Source of the DNA: Octopus vulgaris
Taxonomy: Eukaryota
Assembly: GCA_951406725.2 (NCBI GenBank)
Contig: OX597822.1
Span: 3,038,001-3,102,000 of the forward strand
Direction: 5' to 3'
DNA length: 64,000 nucleotides
The first letter of the stretch is position 1; the number at the start of each line of letters is the position of its first letter. Below are positions 13,162 through 26,773 of the stretch, piece by piece. Under the pieces are notes generated by a model. The model was given only the letters and a program-made list of their open reading frames with translations, was not told the DNA's origin and made no database searches. The translations under genes and the position numbers were made by a program.

Positions 13162-13865
13162 ATATATAAGTTCAGCAAAAATTTAGATTCGAATGAATAT
13201 GGTACTTAATTTAGATGCACCAGAATTTTGTATGGTGTTATCCATAAAAATTTGCGGGGTGATTATAATCAAAATAAGGTGCTTTTGTAGTGCGAAACAA
13301 TTGTACCAAATTACCGGAGTCATTCTTGTTGCTTATTTTGATTATGTATTTATATATATATATTCGATTCAAATAAACAATGAATTCAAGGGATAAAACG
13401 AATAATAAAATTTACGGACAGCAGGAGGAAGTGTACAAGAAACGTGTGTGTTTGATGCTCGGTGAAAGGGGAGAGTTTGCAAGATGCCACGCAGAGGGAA
13501 TGAATCCGAAACGACGTTGTAGGAAACTAGCTTAACCTGAGGCTTATGCAGATTAGATAACTAGAAGGAACTATTTCTTTGGATATCCGCGATTCATGGC
13601 AATAAATATTCAGATTACATCACTTATAGCAATTATATGTTTGTATATCTGGAAGGCATTAAATGTTTCATGTCAACCGGGAAGAGAAGTTGGATGAAAG
13701 CAGTTCAAAATTAGGTTACGTTATTTTCAGTAAACTTAAAGTGACCTTCGGTGAACCCCTGTAACTAAGTTTTTGTTTCTATTCTCCTCTTTAGAGTTTT
13801 TATTTATATGAGCCCTTGTGGCCAATAAAAGAATTATTATTATTATTATTATTATCATTATTATT

Positions 13866-14284
13866 GGATCTTTTCGGTTTGAACGGCAGTTTTTTCTAGC
13901 AGTGTCATATGAAATTGTCACCCATAATTATGACCCTAGTATTGATCTATTGCATTTCAATCTATTTTAGGGTTAGGGTTGGTTAGGGGTGGAGGGAAGG
14001 GTATTTTTTTTTCTTCACAAATGTAAATAAACTCAATCTGTTTCTTAAACGAGGGACATATTCATACGACACAGAATGCTTTTTAACTCAATAGACGTCA
14101 TTGATTGGTTGAAATTGCAGAAATTGAAGAAAAACAACAACAAGTATCTTACAAACTATAGAATTTTCTCAATAAAGCCAAGAGAAAAAGATGTTTTATA
14201 AACACATTCTACCAGTATACGAAGTTTAAAATTTTTTAGTTACCTGGAAATTGTTAAAAACTGCCGTTCAAACCGAAAGGATCC
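13866..14284. mobile_element. TIR MITE (copy 1) with internal TTAGGG tract
   Basis: TIRs GGATCTTTTCGGTTTGAACGGCAGTTTTT / AAAAACTGCCGTTCAAACCGAAAGGATCC; near-identical to copies at 20232 and 32791. Confidence 0.9.
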
Positions 14285-14581
14285 TTATTATTTTATTTAT
14301 TTATTTTTTTTAAATTGTATTTTTCATTCTGTATTGTAACCCTCGCGGTACGAAACATACAAAAAGACAGACAGACACACACACACACACGCACAGGTAC
14401 GCGCAGAAACGTAACACCTGGTGACTGCACGCAAGCCCACTTACAGATGTAAGGACAGTTTAGTTTCTAAATTAAGTGCAGAGATGCATGCATGTATGTA
14501 TGTCCTTAAATCCTTAAAATCCTTTAAAATGTTTTAGCCCGAAGGCCGCGGCCATGCTGGGGCACCACCGCTGTTTGTATG

Positions 14582-14613
<32 letters not shown>

Positions 14614-15834
14614 TGTATGTATGTATGTATGTATGTATGTATGAATGCGTGTATGCATTCGGCTTCGTTCTGCAGCTTTGTTCTTCGCCTCTAATTTTAC
14701 AGTGCTGTAAGTGCTTCGATATACTTACGTATCTTATATAATTGCATACATGCATGCGTACAATACATACATACATACATACATTATTTTTGCTGTTTTC
14801 GGTCGACCACCTGCCAAGCCGACCTACCCACCTACCGGCAAACCATCAACCAACCAACCAGCCAGCCAGCCAAACAGCCACACAAAATCTTTGTCTTTCG
14901 TGGTAAATAAAAACAAAATAGAACCTACATTTAAATAAATAAATAAATAAATATTGGTGATAGAGGGGTGTGGGTAAATGAAAGAAGAGCAAAACAAAAA
15001 GAAGCCGCCGTCATTTGATTGGTCGAAAAGTATTACAGCGTACGGCAGGCTGTTCAGCCTGTAAAGCCTCCATTCACACCCCACTGATGCTTTTGATGTT
15101 TTTTAACGTCACACTTTTGTTCCCCCTCTCTCATTCTCTCATTCTCTTTCCCTTCCACTATCCCTCTTATCCAATCTCTCTCTCTCTCTCTCTTCCTACC
15201 TATATTTATTACTTTGTATTTTTACTCCTACCTCTTACTTCTCTCTTTAGTTTCTACTCTCTTTGTAACTATTGCCTTTTACTTTTACCTCCTCTCTCTA
15301 ATGTCACTGCTATCTGCTTCACTCCCTCTGATTTACTTTCGTTCTCTCTCTACCTCTCCCTCTAATCTAACTCTCCCCTACACCTTCATTGTATATATGT
15401 ATATATATATTATGTGTTTTTATGTATCTTCTTTATATTAATTCACCTCTATCCTTCTCTCCTCCCTCACTCTCTTACTTTATATTATCCTTCTCCATGC
15501 TACTCTTTCTATATGTTTCCCTCTAGCTCTCACCCTTTTCCTCTCACATCTTTATCACTCTTTCTCTCGCTGTTACCTCCTCCTCCTACTTCCCTATTAA
15601 CAGCGATAGAGAGAGAACACTTGGTGAACTGACCCAGTTTGACTCTGGCTGGCTGGCTGGCTGGCTCGTCGGCTGGCAGCTTGTTGATTGGTTCACTGCC
15701 TCGTGATATAGCTACTTGTCTTATAGTGCACGCTGTCCTCCTTAGACACTATTTCATGTGTACGTAAGATATCAACATGACTCTTTCATTGTTTGTGTAC
15801 ATGCATGTGTGTCTGTCTGTATGTATGTATGCAA

Positions 15835-15882
<48 letters not shown>

Positions 15883-16104
15883 ATTCTATTCTATATCGGT
15901 CGTTTTTGGTGAACCGCTAAACAGTCATTTGGCTGCGGCCATGCAGGAGCACCGCCTTTAGTCGAGCAAATCGACCTCAGGACTTATTCTTTGTAAGTCT
16001 AGTACTTATTCTATCAGTGTCTTTTGCTGAACAGCTAAGTTACAGGGACTTAAACACACCACCGTCGGTTGTTAGCGATGTTGGGGGTACAAACATAGAC
16101 ACAA

Positions 16105-16177
<73 letters not shown>

Positions 16178-16669
16178 TACAACATGCTTCTTTCAGTTTC
16201 CGTCTACCAAATCCACAAGGCTTTGGTCAGCCTGAGGCTATAGTAGAAGACACTTGCCCAAGATGCCACGCAGTGGCACTGAACCCGGAACCATGTGGTT
16301 GGCAAGTAAGCTACTTACCACACAGCCACTCCTGTATATATATGTGTGTGTGTGTGTGTGATCGCGTTTTCGATTCCCAGACCGGGCAAAAGCTCCTAAT
16401 AAGCTCCATTGGGGTGGTGACGAACCCTGATGTACTTCTTCGTCACAAATTTCTCTCGCCCTTTCTTCCTGTTTCTGTTGTACCTGCATTTCAAAGGGCC
16501 AGCCTTGTCATACACTGTACCACGCTGAATCTCCCCAAGAACTATGTTAAGGGTACGTGTGTCTGTAGAGTGCTCAGCCACTTATACGATAATTTCACGA
16601 GAAGGCTATTCCGTTGATCGGATCAACTAGAACCCTCGTCGTCGTAACCGGCGATATATATATATATAT

Positions 16670-16741
<72 letters not shown>

Positions 16742-16829
16742 TGCATTCGGTGGGATTAGTAAAATTTTTGGTAGAAATGACTAATTTTGTCCCTCTTAGC
16801 GTGTGGCATGTATGTATAATAATGCCCTC

Positions 16830-16936
<107 letters not shown>

Positions 16937-16948
16937 TTTCGATGGCCC

Positions 16949-17009
16949 GATAACTGAAGAGATGGCGGCGTGGGTTTCCGCCCCAACATCCGAAACTCGG
17001 AGTTTTATC
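16949..17009 (+). ncRNA. Type-I minimal hammerhead ribozyme motif with intact core
   Basis: Stem I GATAA(16949-53)/TTATC(17005-09). Core CTGAAGA (16954-60). Stem II GATG/CATC with inner GGCGG/CCGCC and one extra C before GAAA (16992-95). Stem III ACTC-G-GAGT. Cleavage triplet GTT ending at 17004. Confidence 0.75.
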
Positions 17010-17905
17010 ATGGCTTACAGATATATATATATATATATTATATTATATATATATATATATATATATTTATGTATGTATATGTGTGTGTGTCCCTGCTTTT
17101 GTTCTTGTTTTTCTTAATTCGACATAAGACAACAGTAGAATAAGTATTAGGTATTAACAAATTGGGGTCAATTTGTTCGACAAAACTCCTGCTGGTGGCG
17201 CTCCACCATAACCGCTGTCTCATGACTGAAACAAGTAAAAAGGTAAAAGACCACACATACACACACACACACACACATACATATATACGTCAGGCTTCTT
17301 TCAGTTTCCATCTACCAAATCCACTCACAAGGATTTGGTCGGCCCGAGGCTGTAGTAGAAGACACTTGCCCAGGACACCACGCAGGGGACTGAACCCGGA
17401 ACCATGTGGTTGATAAGCAAGCTACTTACCAAGCAGCCACTCCTGCGCCTTAGTTGTTGATAAAAGTGAAATAACAGTCATGTTCTAGCGTCCATTAACT
17501 CCGTTCTCTCCTTTCTCTTCCTCTCTTCTTTCTCTCCCGCTTCAGCATCATCTGGAATCGTTATTTCCATCATGTTCATCGTTATAGTCTTCGTCGTCGT
17601 CGTCACACCATTGTCATCGTCGCCTTGGTCGTCACGGACACCATCATCGTCCTGCTCTTAGTTGTACCATTGTAATCTTCCTCCCTCCTCCCCCTCTCTC
17701 CTCCTACTCATCATCATCATCATCATCGTCATCACTGTCTTCGTTGTCGTCTCGCGCATCATCTTCATCCTCCGCTTTTTCGTCATCATCATTATCATCA
17801 TCTTTGTTTTATTGTTATGGCCTGTTGCCAAAGAATGAAATGCTGCTTATCCCTCTCCTCCTCCTTTTCCACCCACACCAACTCATCTTTTTCCTCCTCC
17901 TCCTA

Positions 17906-17965
<60 letters not shown>

Positions 17966-18401
17966 TTCATTATTGTCATCATCGTCGTCGTCGTTACCAT
18001 AGTGCATTTCCCATGGCTTCGAGCCAGAATATATAAAATCATTATCTGTTTCACGTGATTTCATGTTTTTGTTTCCTCTGCTGTTAAGTGTGCCACTGTC
18101 ACCCCTCGACTATAAGTGTGCCACTTGTCATTCCCTTGTTGTTGTTGTTGGTGGTGGTGGTGTTAGCGGTCGTGCTGGTTTCAGGAGGTAATAGTGAAAC
18201 GGCAGCAGCAGCAGCGCAGGCGGTAGCACTAGTGGTGGTACCTTTGGTGGTTGTCGTCGTCGTGGTTACAGTGGTGATAGTCATTATGGTGGACAGGTAG
18301 TTCGTAGTAGAGCTAATAGTAAAGATGGTAATGATTGAAGCAGTGGTGGTGGCGGTCCTAGCGATGGTGATGCTGGTTGTGGCTGGTATTCGTGGTTGTA
18401 G

Positions 18402-18891
18402 TCTTCTTCTTCCAATCAGGACTCACGCCATTTGCCACAAAGAATAATCTCTAATTCGAGCCTACTCTAAGCTACTAAGAATTTGTGTGGCAACTTGAAG
18501 AGCCACCCACCACACGCGATAGACTGGAGGTTGCACGGGTGCGAAAGCTACGTTGTTATCATCCTTCCGTAAACGGTAGCTTTTAACGGGTGGAGAGCTG
18601 AACCATCCTGGGGTACAGAGGATTCGCATTCTTGACTAGGGTCTGAAAGTTTACTACACCATAGTGGGTTACACCATGGTTCCTCTGCTTTGTGGATGAA
18701 GCAGAAAGAAAGAGTGAGAGAAAGTTGAGGGGAAAGAGTACAGCAGGGTTCACCACCCACCCCCGCCGGAGACTCGTGGAGCTTTGGTGTTTTTGCTCAA
18801 TAAACACTCACAATGCCCGGTCTGGGAATCGAAACCGCGTTCTTACGACCGTGAATCCACTACCCTAACCACTGAGCCATTGCGCCTCCAC
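18402..18891 (-). mobile_element. SINE family C head with a (GAA)n-ending, RTE-like tail
   Basis: Head TGGAGGCGCAATGGCTCAGTGGTTAGGG, tail ..CTGATTGGAAGAAGAAGAC. An internally deleted copy lies at 9470-9701(-) and another head at 59799-60080(+). Confidence 0.75.
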
Positions 18892-19560
18892 CGTCATTAT
18901 TGTTGGTGGTAGGTGGTGTTCATCGTTGTAGTATTGATGGCAATAATGGAGGTGGTAGTCTCGTCGGTAACGGTGATGGAGTGACTTTAGACAGACGATT
19001 AACGTAGCGACTCTTTAATCGCTGTTGTGTGGTATAAATTTGTACTCGATCATTATATGATCTGTAAATTGTATTACAACATGTTATCTGAGATGCATTA
19101 CAGCATTATGTCGCATGGTATTATTTGTATTACAACTCGATGTGATATCTAAATTGTTTTGCAAGATTCTGTTATATAAGTCGTATTGCAACATTATTTA
19201 TGACGTAAGTTGCATCACAAAGTTAAGTGCTATGTCAGTCGTAATGCGTTATGTGTTATGTATTTCGTATTACAAAATTATGTTATGTCTTGCACCCTAA
19301 CGTGTTACGCAAATTGCGTCACAGCACAAGATACGTATGCACCCTTTTACTCTTTCAGTTGTTTCAGTCATTTGACTGCAGCCATGCTGGAGCACCGCCT
19401 TTAGTCGAGCAGATCGACCACAGGACTTATTCTTTGTAAGCCTAGTACTTATTCTATCGGTCTCTTTTGCCGAACTGCTAAGTTACGGGACCGTAAACAC
19501 ACCAGCATCGGTTGTCAATCAATGCTAGGGGGACAAACACAGTCACACAAACATACACAA

Positions 19561-19591
<31 letters not shown>

Positions 19592-20103
19592 CATATATAC
19601 GACGGACTTCTTTCAGTTTCCATCTACCAAATCCACTCACAAGGCTTTGGTCGGCCCGAGGCTATAGTAGAAGACACTTGGCCAAGGTGCCACGCAGTGG
19701 GACTGAACCCGGGACCATGTGGTTCGTAAGCAAGCTACTCCTACGCCTATATATAAGTTATATATAATATATATAAGTTATATGAGACATATCAGTACAT
19801 CTCATATAATATGCATTGTATAACATCTGTTATGTAAAGTTTGTTATGTAACAAATATTGCCATGTGATGTATAAGCTGAACAGCTGTATAGAGTGCTGT
19901 GTTTATTGTGATTTATGTTGTGTGTGTTTGTGTGTGGGTGTGTTTGTGTTAAGTTTCTATCACGTTTTATAAAATGTTTATATTACATCATGTGCTGTGT
20001 ATGCTGTGTTATTTGTGTGGTGTGTTATATAATCTATTCACTTAAGTTTTGTTATGTAAGGTGTGCCACTATACATTTTTTGTTATGCGTTCGTATTTCC
20101 TGT

Positions 20104-20136
<33 letters not shown>

Positions 20137-20231
20137 CTTTGACACCCGGTGTTGGTTTGTTTACGTCCCCGTAATCTGCCGTTTCGATTAGAGAGTCCGA
20201 TATAATAAGTATCAGGCTTAAAAAAAAATGG

Positions 20232-20691
20232 GGATCTTTTCGGTTAGAACGGCAGTTTTTTCTAACGATGTCATATGAAATTGTCACCCATAATTATGAC
20301 CTTAGTATCGATCTATTGCATTTCAATCTATTTTAGGGTTAGGGTTAGTTAGGTTTAGTTAGGTTTAGGGTTAGGGTCAGTGTTACGGTTAGGGGTGGGG
20401 GGAAGGGTATCTTTTTTTCTTCACAAATGTAAATAAACCCAATCTGTTTCTTAAACGAGGGACATATTCATACGGCACGGAATGTTATTTACCTCAATGG
20501 ACGTCAGTGATTGGTTGAAATTGCAGAAATTGAAGAAAAAAACAACAAATATCTTACAAACTATAGAATTTTCTCAATTAAGGCAAGAGAAAAAGATGTT
20601 TTATAAACACATTCTACCAGTATACGAAGTTAAAAATCTTTTAGTTACCTAGAAATTATGTTAAAAACTGCCGTTCAAACCGAAAAGATCC
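20232..20691. mobile_element. TIR MITE (copy 2), nested in a SINE tail, with expanded TTAGGG/TTAGG tract
   Basis: Same TIRs and body as copy 1; interrupts SINE sequence (AAGTATCAGGCTTAAA...CTGGAGTCGATT). Confidence 0.9.
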
Positions 20692-22080
20692 AAAAAAATC
20701 ACTGGAGTCGATTCGTTCGTCTAAAATTCATCAGTATGATCGTAGACCAATGACTAAAACAAGTAAAAGACAAACGATATAAAGTTATTGCAACAAAATA
20801 TTAAATCAGGATCTTAATTTTAATACACGGGAAGCTTTACAGGTACTTTGATTAATCCTCTGCAAAACAATTCTTCCTGTATTATATTCTTTCAAGATTT
20901 AGCTTTGGGCTATCATTGGCTTAAGCACTTCAGTATTAAATGAAACAAGGCGGCGAGCTGACAGAATCGTTAATACGCCGGGTAAAATGCTTTGAGGCAA
21001 TTTATCCGTCTTTACGTTCTGTGTTCACATTCTGCAGGGGTCGACTTTCCCTTTTATCCTTCCGGGGTTGATGAAATAAGTACCAGTTGAACACTAGGGT
21101 TGATGTCATCGACTTACCCCTTCCCCAAACCTGCTGGTTTTGTACCAAAAGTCGATGTAATCGATTTAATTCCTCCACCGAAATTGCTAGCCTTGTGCCA
21201 AAATTTGAAACCAATATTAATTGTAACACTACCCTCTGTATATTGACTCCCTTTATTTTCTGTGCCCTCACTAACATTCACTCCGTATTTCTCATTATTG
21301 TTGATTTAAGCCAATCACAGGCAAACTGCCCCCTGCGGTACTTTCTAAATGACACGCTAAAAGAAATTTTGGCTTCAAATTTTGGCTCAAAGCCAGCAAT
21401 ATCGGGGATCGAAAGAATTTGATTACATCTACCCCAGTACTCAACTGGTACTTATTTTATCGACCCCGATGGAATGGAAGGTAAAGTCGACCTCGGTGGC
21501 ATTTGAACTAAGAACGTAAAGGCGGACAAAAGAAACATTAACTTGAATATGTTTTTTAGTAGTGTGGCCTGCTTGATTATAAGCCATGTCCCATGCGGCC
21601 CACTTCTCGAAGAAGGTTGCTCATGTCTGACTTAGGCTATCATTGTTTATTGACTTACACTAATTTCGGCTGCCCAGTATTGTCTCTTGGGTCGACTTAG
21701 TTTAAGCTTGTGTTAATTTCGTCTTCACTAGACATAGAAGACACCCATATTTTGTGCTATGTTGACATAGGATACACCTGTATTGACTGTGTCCTATATA
21801 TATTATTCATTTTCCTTGTTTGTTAGCTTAAACTTGTGTCGAAAACTTTTTGCTACGTATATTAGATATTTTGTATGTTTTTGTTATACATTGGTGCAGG
21901 CGTGGCCGTGTGGTAAGAAGCTTGCCTCACAACCACATGGTTCCTGGATGAGTCCTACTGCGTGACTCCTTGGGCAAGTATCTTCTACTATAGTTGCTGG
22001 CCGACCAAAGCCTTGTGAAGACAGAAAGAGCCTGCTGTATGCGTACATATATGTGTGTGTGTGTCTATATTTATCTCCCA

Positions 22081-22304
22081 TGATGGCAGAAACGTTAGCA
22101 CGCCGGGCGAAATGCTTAGCGACATTTCGTCTGCCGCTACGTTCTGAGTTCAAATTCCGCCGAGGTCGACTTTGCCTTTCATCCTTTCGGGGTCGATTAA
22201 ATAAGTACCAGTTACGCACTGGGGTCGATATAATCGACTGCATCCGTTTGTCTGTCCTTGTTTATCCTCTCTGTGTTTAGCCCCTTCTGGGTAGTAAAGA
22301 AATA
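22081..22304 (+). mobile_element. SINE family A nested inside a family B SINE, 15-bp TSD
   Basis: TSD TATATTTATCTCCCA at 22066-80 and 22305-19. Confidence 0.85.
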
Positions 22305-23085
22305 TATATTTATCTCCCACGATCGCTTGACAACTGCTGTCAGTGTGTTTACATCTCCATAACTTAGAGGTTCGGCAAAAGAAAATGATAGAATAAGTAC
22401 CAGACTTCGAAAAACAGGTGGTGCCTTACTATGGTCGCAGTCTGATGACTGAAGCGAGTAAAATGAATAAAAGAATAAAAGAATAAAGAATAATATCAAT
22501 CAAACGACTCTGGCCATGCTGGTGAATTGCATTTAAGCAAAAATTGATTAAACTAAAATGGACGTGATGATGCCGATGATGTACTTAACTGGTAAATATT
22601 CTATTGACCCCCAGAATTACGTCTTACATTTATTGCTCGTAGATTGCAATATTTAGCAAAATGCGAAGGCGGCAAAGCTAGCAGAATTGTTAGCACGCTG
22701 GGAAAAATTCTTAGGGCTGTTTTGTTTTACTTTAAGTTCTGAGTTCAAATTCCCCCGAGGTCGACGTAATATTTTACCCTTACAGGGCCGCTAAAATAAG
22801 TAACAGATGAACACAGTGGTTGATTATTTTGTTAAGGTCATTTCTACAGATATTCTATGGAAACTATAGCATGGTGCTGACTTATAAAAATATTTAGTAT
22901 ACTTTATAGTATACAATGTTTGCATAACGAGGCACCACGTACCTACAAACCTTTTACAGGGATTCATATCATCGACTTATCCCCTCCCATAAAATTGCTG
23001 GCCTTGTGCCAAAATTTGAAACTAGTATTTAATCTGTTTTAATTTTCTCTCTCTCTGTCTCCTTTTTTTTTCTTCTCATTGACAG

Positions 23086-25203
23086 GATAAAGATTACGAT
23101 GAACTTCGGAAGGAATGTCTCAGCGACAATGAAACTGAAGTGGAAGATGAAGAAGAAGAGGAAGATGAGAATGAGGAAGGCGAGCGGGAGGTCAGTGGAA
23201 GCCCCATCCTCTACGATGGCCGAAACGACAAACTGGTCGACGAGAAACCTTTTGTGAAACTTGGCAAAACCAGCGGAGATTTGTGGACATCTACCGTCGG
23301 TTGTAGGACCAACACAGACAATGCTCTCTCGAGAAGCAAAGCACACAGCAAACAAGACGAAGGCGGCGGCCTTGCTGACAGTGGCGTTGGTGAAGACGGT
23401 GGTGATGACAGTGGAGGTGGTAGTGGCGGTTATGGTACTGGTGGATTCGACGATGCTGAGGAATTTAGCGGCGCTAACATTCATGATACTACTACTACCA
23501 ATACTACTAATACTACAACTACTACTACTACAACTACGAATAGTGTCACCACTACTATCACCAATAGTAACAAGACGAACATTACTAAAAGCATCGCTAA
23601 CGACAGCAATAACAGTAGCAACGCACACCACCACAACCACCATCACCACCATCACCACCATCAGCACACGACTAAGAACTCCGTGCACCAGAATAACAAA
23701 ACTACTAACTCTAGTAATAACCATATTTTGAGCTTTAACAACAAGACTAACCACAGTACTAACGACAATGGCTACCACAAACTGTCCGGTGTGGGTGAGG
23801 AAAAGAAAGAGAAGGGGAGGAGGCAGTCGTTGGGGTTGGGTTATTCCCCTGCAGTGGCGGAAGATTTAGAGGAGGATGAGGAGACGGAGAAGGAGGGCGG
23901 TGGAGAAGGAGGAGGGAAGGAGAAGGAAGAGGAGGACGGGAACGATTCCGCCCAAACGGAAATAGACGAAGGGGAGGCGGAGGACGAGGGGGAAGAGGAT
24001 GAGGCGGAGGGGGAAGAGGAAGACGAGGACGACGACGATGTTGACGGTGTTGATGATGATAATGATGGTGATGATGATGCTGATGTTGGTGAGGTTTACA
24101 AAGGGGAGAAAAAGAGCTCGAAAGTGGAAAGGCCGGCCACCGATAAGACGCATTGCTATTCTGCTAAGAGACCCACGTCCAGCGACTATAAGGCGCATCT
24201 GACGTCGCAGCGCCTGCGTCCTTCGAACGGACATGGGGACAGCGGTAATAGTAGAAGTTGTAGACGAAACCGGAAGCGATCCATCAGGGAGCATCGCCAA
24301 CAACGTAGTAACGGGCGATATAGGTATTATAGTAGCGATGATGATGACGATGATGACGATGATGAAGATGATGACGATGATGATGATGAAGTCGTTGCGA
24401 AAAGCTCTTTCGAAGGTGTGAACCGTATTAGTAATAATACTATTAGTAGTAATACTATTACCAATAACAATCGCAGTAGTAGTAGTAGTATTTGTAGTAA
24501 TAATACTAGTAGTTATAATAGTAAACATAGTAGTAATATTAGTAGTAGTATTAATAGTAGTAGTAATAACAATAATAATAATAATAGTAGTAGTAGTAGT
24601 AATAGTAGTTTACATAGAAATAACAGTGACAGTTCGAAAACACATCACCATCACCATCATCACCACCACCACCACAATAACAGTCACAATCACAACAGCC
24701 AACAGCATCATCATCATCACCACAACAATCATCAGAACCACAAACGCACAACATATAACAGTACATGTAGCAATTATGTCGATGATAGCACCACCACCAC
24801 AACCAACAACAACAACAATACTACAAGCTTCACCAACAGCAGCAGCAGCAGTAACAACCAGCAGCAACACCCTTATAATAATCACAGTAATAATGGTAGT
24901 AACAGTAAAGAAAACATAGACAATGTTTTGAAAGCTAAAAATGGTAAGCAACAGCACTTAGAAACTTCTGACCGTTATTCGAATAAATCCAATTGGAATC
25001 GATCGCCGTCTCCGTCAGCGGTTATCAAGAAAGCTAAGTACTGTAGCAGACGACAGGAATACTGCAGTAGACGACAAGTGTGGTATCCACCGACAGGCGG
25101 CATCCCACTCGAAGTTCTTGTCACTGATGTTACGTATAAATGTTTGACAGTAACATTCGTTGAATGTGAAACAGAAAAAGGTTTCTTTAAGAATTCAGAA
25201 TGA
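23086..25203 (+). CDS. Pc: Terminal coding exon of a Polycomb/chromobox (Pc, CBX2/4/6/7/8-like) gene: long low-complexity region followed by C-terminal Pc-box
   Basis: A polypyrimidine tract and gacag acceptor end at 23085. The exon opens in phase 0 (DKDYDELRKECLSDNETEVED...) in frame with ORF 23140-25203. The C-terminus WYPP...EVLVTDVTYKCLTVTFVECETEKGFF matches the Pc-box/CBX C-terminal motif (V-x-x-TDVT-x3-TVT-x2-E...GFF). The duplicated YCSRRQ differs only at synonymous sites. Exact paralogue not determinable. Confidence 0.88.
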   Translation, partial: DKDYDELRKECLSDNETEVEDEEEEEDENEEGEREVSGSPILYDGRNDKLVDEKPFVKLGKTSGDLWTSTVGCRTNTDNALSRSKAHSKQDEGGGLADSGVGEDGGDDSGGGSGGYGTGGFDDAEEFSGANIHDTTTTNTTNTTTTTTTTTNSVTTTITNSNKTNITKSIANDSNNSSNAHHHNHHHHHHHHQHTTKNSVHQNNKTTNSSNNHILSFNNKTNHSTNDNGYHKLSGVGEEKKEKGRRQSLGLGYSPAVAEDLEEDEETEKEGGGEGGGKEKEEEDGNDSAQTEIDEGEAEDEGEEDEAEGEEEDEDDDDVDGVDDDNDGDDDADVGEVYKGEKKSSKVERPATDKTHCYSAKRPTSSDYKAHLTSQRLRPSNGHGDSGNSRSCRRNRKRSIREHRQQRSNGRYRYYSSDDDDDDDDDEDDDDDDDEVVAKSSFEGVNRISNNTISSNTITNNNRSSSSSICSNNTSSYNSKHSSNISSSINSSSNNNNNNNSSSSSNSSLHRNNSDSSKTHHHHHHHHHHHNNSHNHNSQQHHHHHHNNHQNHKRTTYNSTCSNYVDDSTTTTTNNNNNTTSFTNSSSSSNNQQQHPYNNHSNNGSNSKENIDNVLKAKNGKQQHLETSDRYSNKSNWNRSPSPSAVIKKAKYCSRRQEYCSRRQVWYPPTGGIPLEVLVTDVTYKCLTVTFVECETEKGFFKNSE
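25111..25191 (+). other. Pc-box (RING1-binding C-terminal motif of CBX/Polycomb)
   Basis: EVLVTDVTYKCLTVTFVECETEKGFFK, preceded by the W-x-P also seen upstream of the Pc-box in invertebrate Pc proteins. Confidence 0.9.
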
Positions 25204-25868
25204 TTCTAGTTTTGAAACTAAAAAAAAAAAAAAAGCTACAAAAAAAAATTAAAAAGCACGAAAAAATACTGAAGAAGTAAAATAAAAAGAAAGAAAACAT
25301 ACAAACACACACACACACACAGAGCATACATATATCGTAAGACGGGTGGCAATTTTGATTACGTTCATTTTTTTTTTCTTTCTTTAAAATTGTGTAGGTC
25401 ATTGTTCTGTAATACATGGAACGCATCTTTAATTACCTAACAAAGAAAACTTATTAAATTTGGGATCAGCTATTAACCCCTATGTAAATATAATGCAGAC
25501 GGGGATATTGTAGCTTGGTATTATTGTAAGATTTTAAATAGATTTGCTGACAGCGAATATTTGCAGCTAAAAAAGCAAAAATATAAAATGAAATGAAGAA
25601 TTTTTATTTCATTTTGTTTTTATTTCATGAAAATAATCAATCCTGCCTCCCATGCAAAGATATGCACATATATTAAACATTTAAGCACATACACGTACAA
25701 ATACGTAGATATAATACATATAGAAATTCATGCACCTATAAACGTTCATACGCACACATGTACATACTTACATATATACATATATACACATAAATAACAT
25801 ACGTACACATATTTACACGACAACAACAATGAAAACAGCAGCAACAACATCAAATGCATAAAAACAAA

Positions 25869-25923
<55 letters not shown>

Positions 25924-26117
25924 ACATTGAAAAATAAAATTCAAAAAGTCTAATATTTTTGACATAAAAATAACAAGACATTTCAACCGCTAAAATCTGC
26001 AATTCTTATTGTTGTTGTTGTTGACTCTGTTTAAGGGACATAGATGATGGGTGCGTACAGCTTGCTATGGATTCGCTACCAATTCTTTAAAGAATTATTA
26101 TTATTATTATTATGATG

Positions 26118-26168
<51 letters not shown>

Positions 26169-26380
26169 GATGATGATGATGATGATGATGATAAAAATAT
26201 AATAGAATAATAATAATAAAAATAATGATAATAATTTAGTACATTGCTCTGAATCATACCTTCGCAAATGGATTACCGGATTACAAAACCAACATGGCGA
26301 CCAAAAAGAAATCACTTCAGGAATTCTAAACGCCCGGAGGATACAGTACATATTACGTGACGTGCAAAAGAAGCTATGCA

Positions 26381-26433
<53 letters not shown>

Positions 26434-26674
26434 GGATTTAAAGGTCAAGGCTCAGTATGGCCATAGTCCAATGGCTGGAGCCAGTAAAAAATAAACAGCA
26501 TACATGCATGTATACATAACATGCGTACATACATGTATGTACCTTATATATATATACACACATACACATATTCACTCACACTCTTTCTTATACACATATA
26601 TATATCTATACACTCACTCACACACATACATATGTATGAATATATGTCTGCATATATAGACACAGATAAATATA

Positions 26675-26773
<99 letters not shown>

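Noticed and set aside
17500-18400. Strong pyrimidine tract + CAG at ~17546 followed by trinucleotide-rich sequence (possible exon)
   Set aside because: All three frames stop shortly after the acceptor; ordinary low-complexity DNA
23029-24957. Antisense and alternative-frame ORFs overlapping the Pc exon
   Set aside because: Shadows of trinucleotide-rich coding sequence
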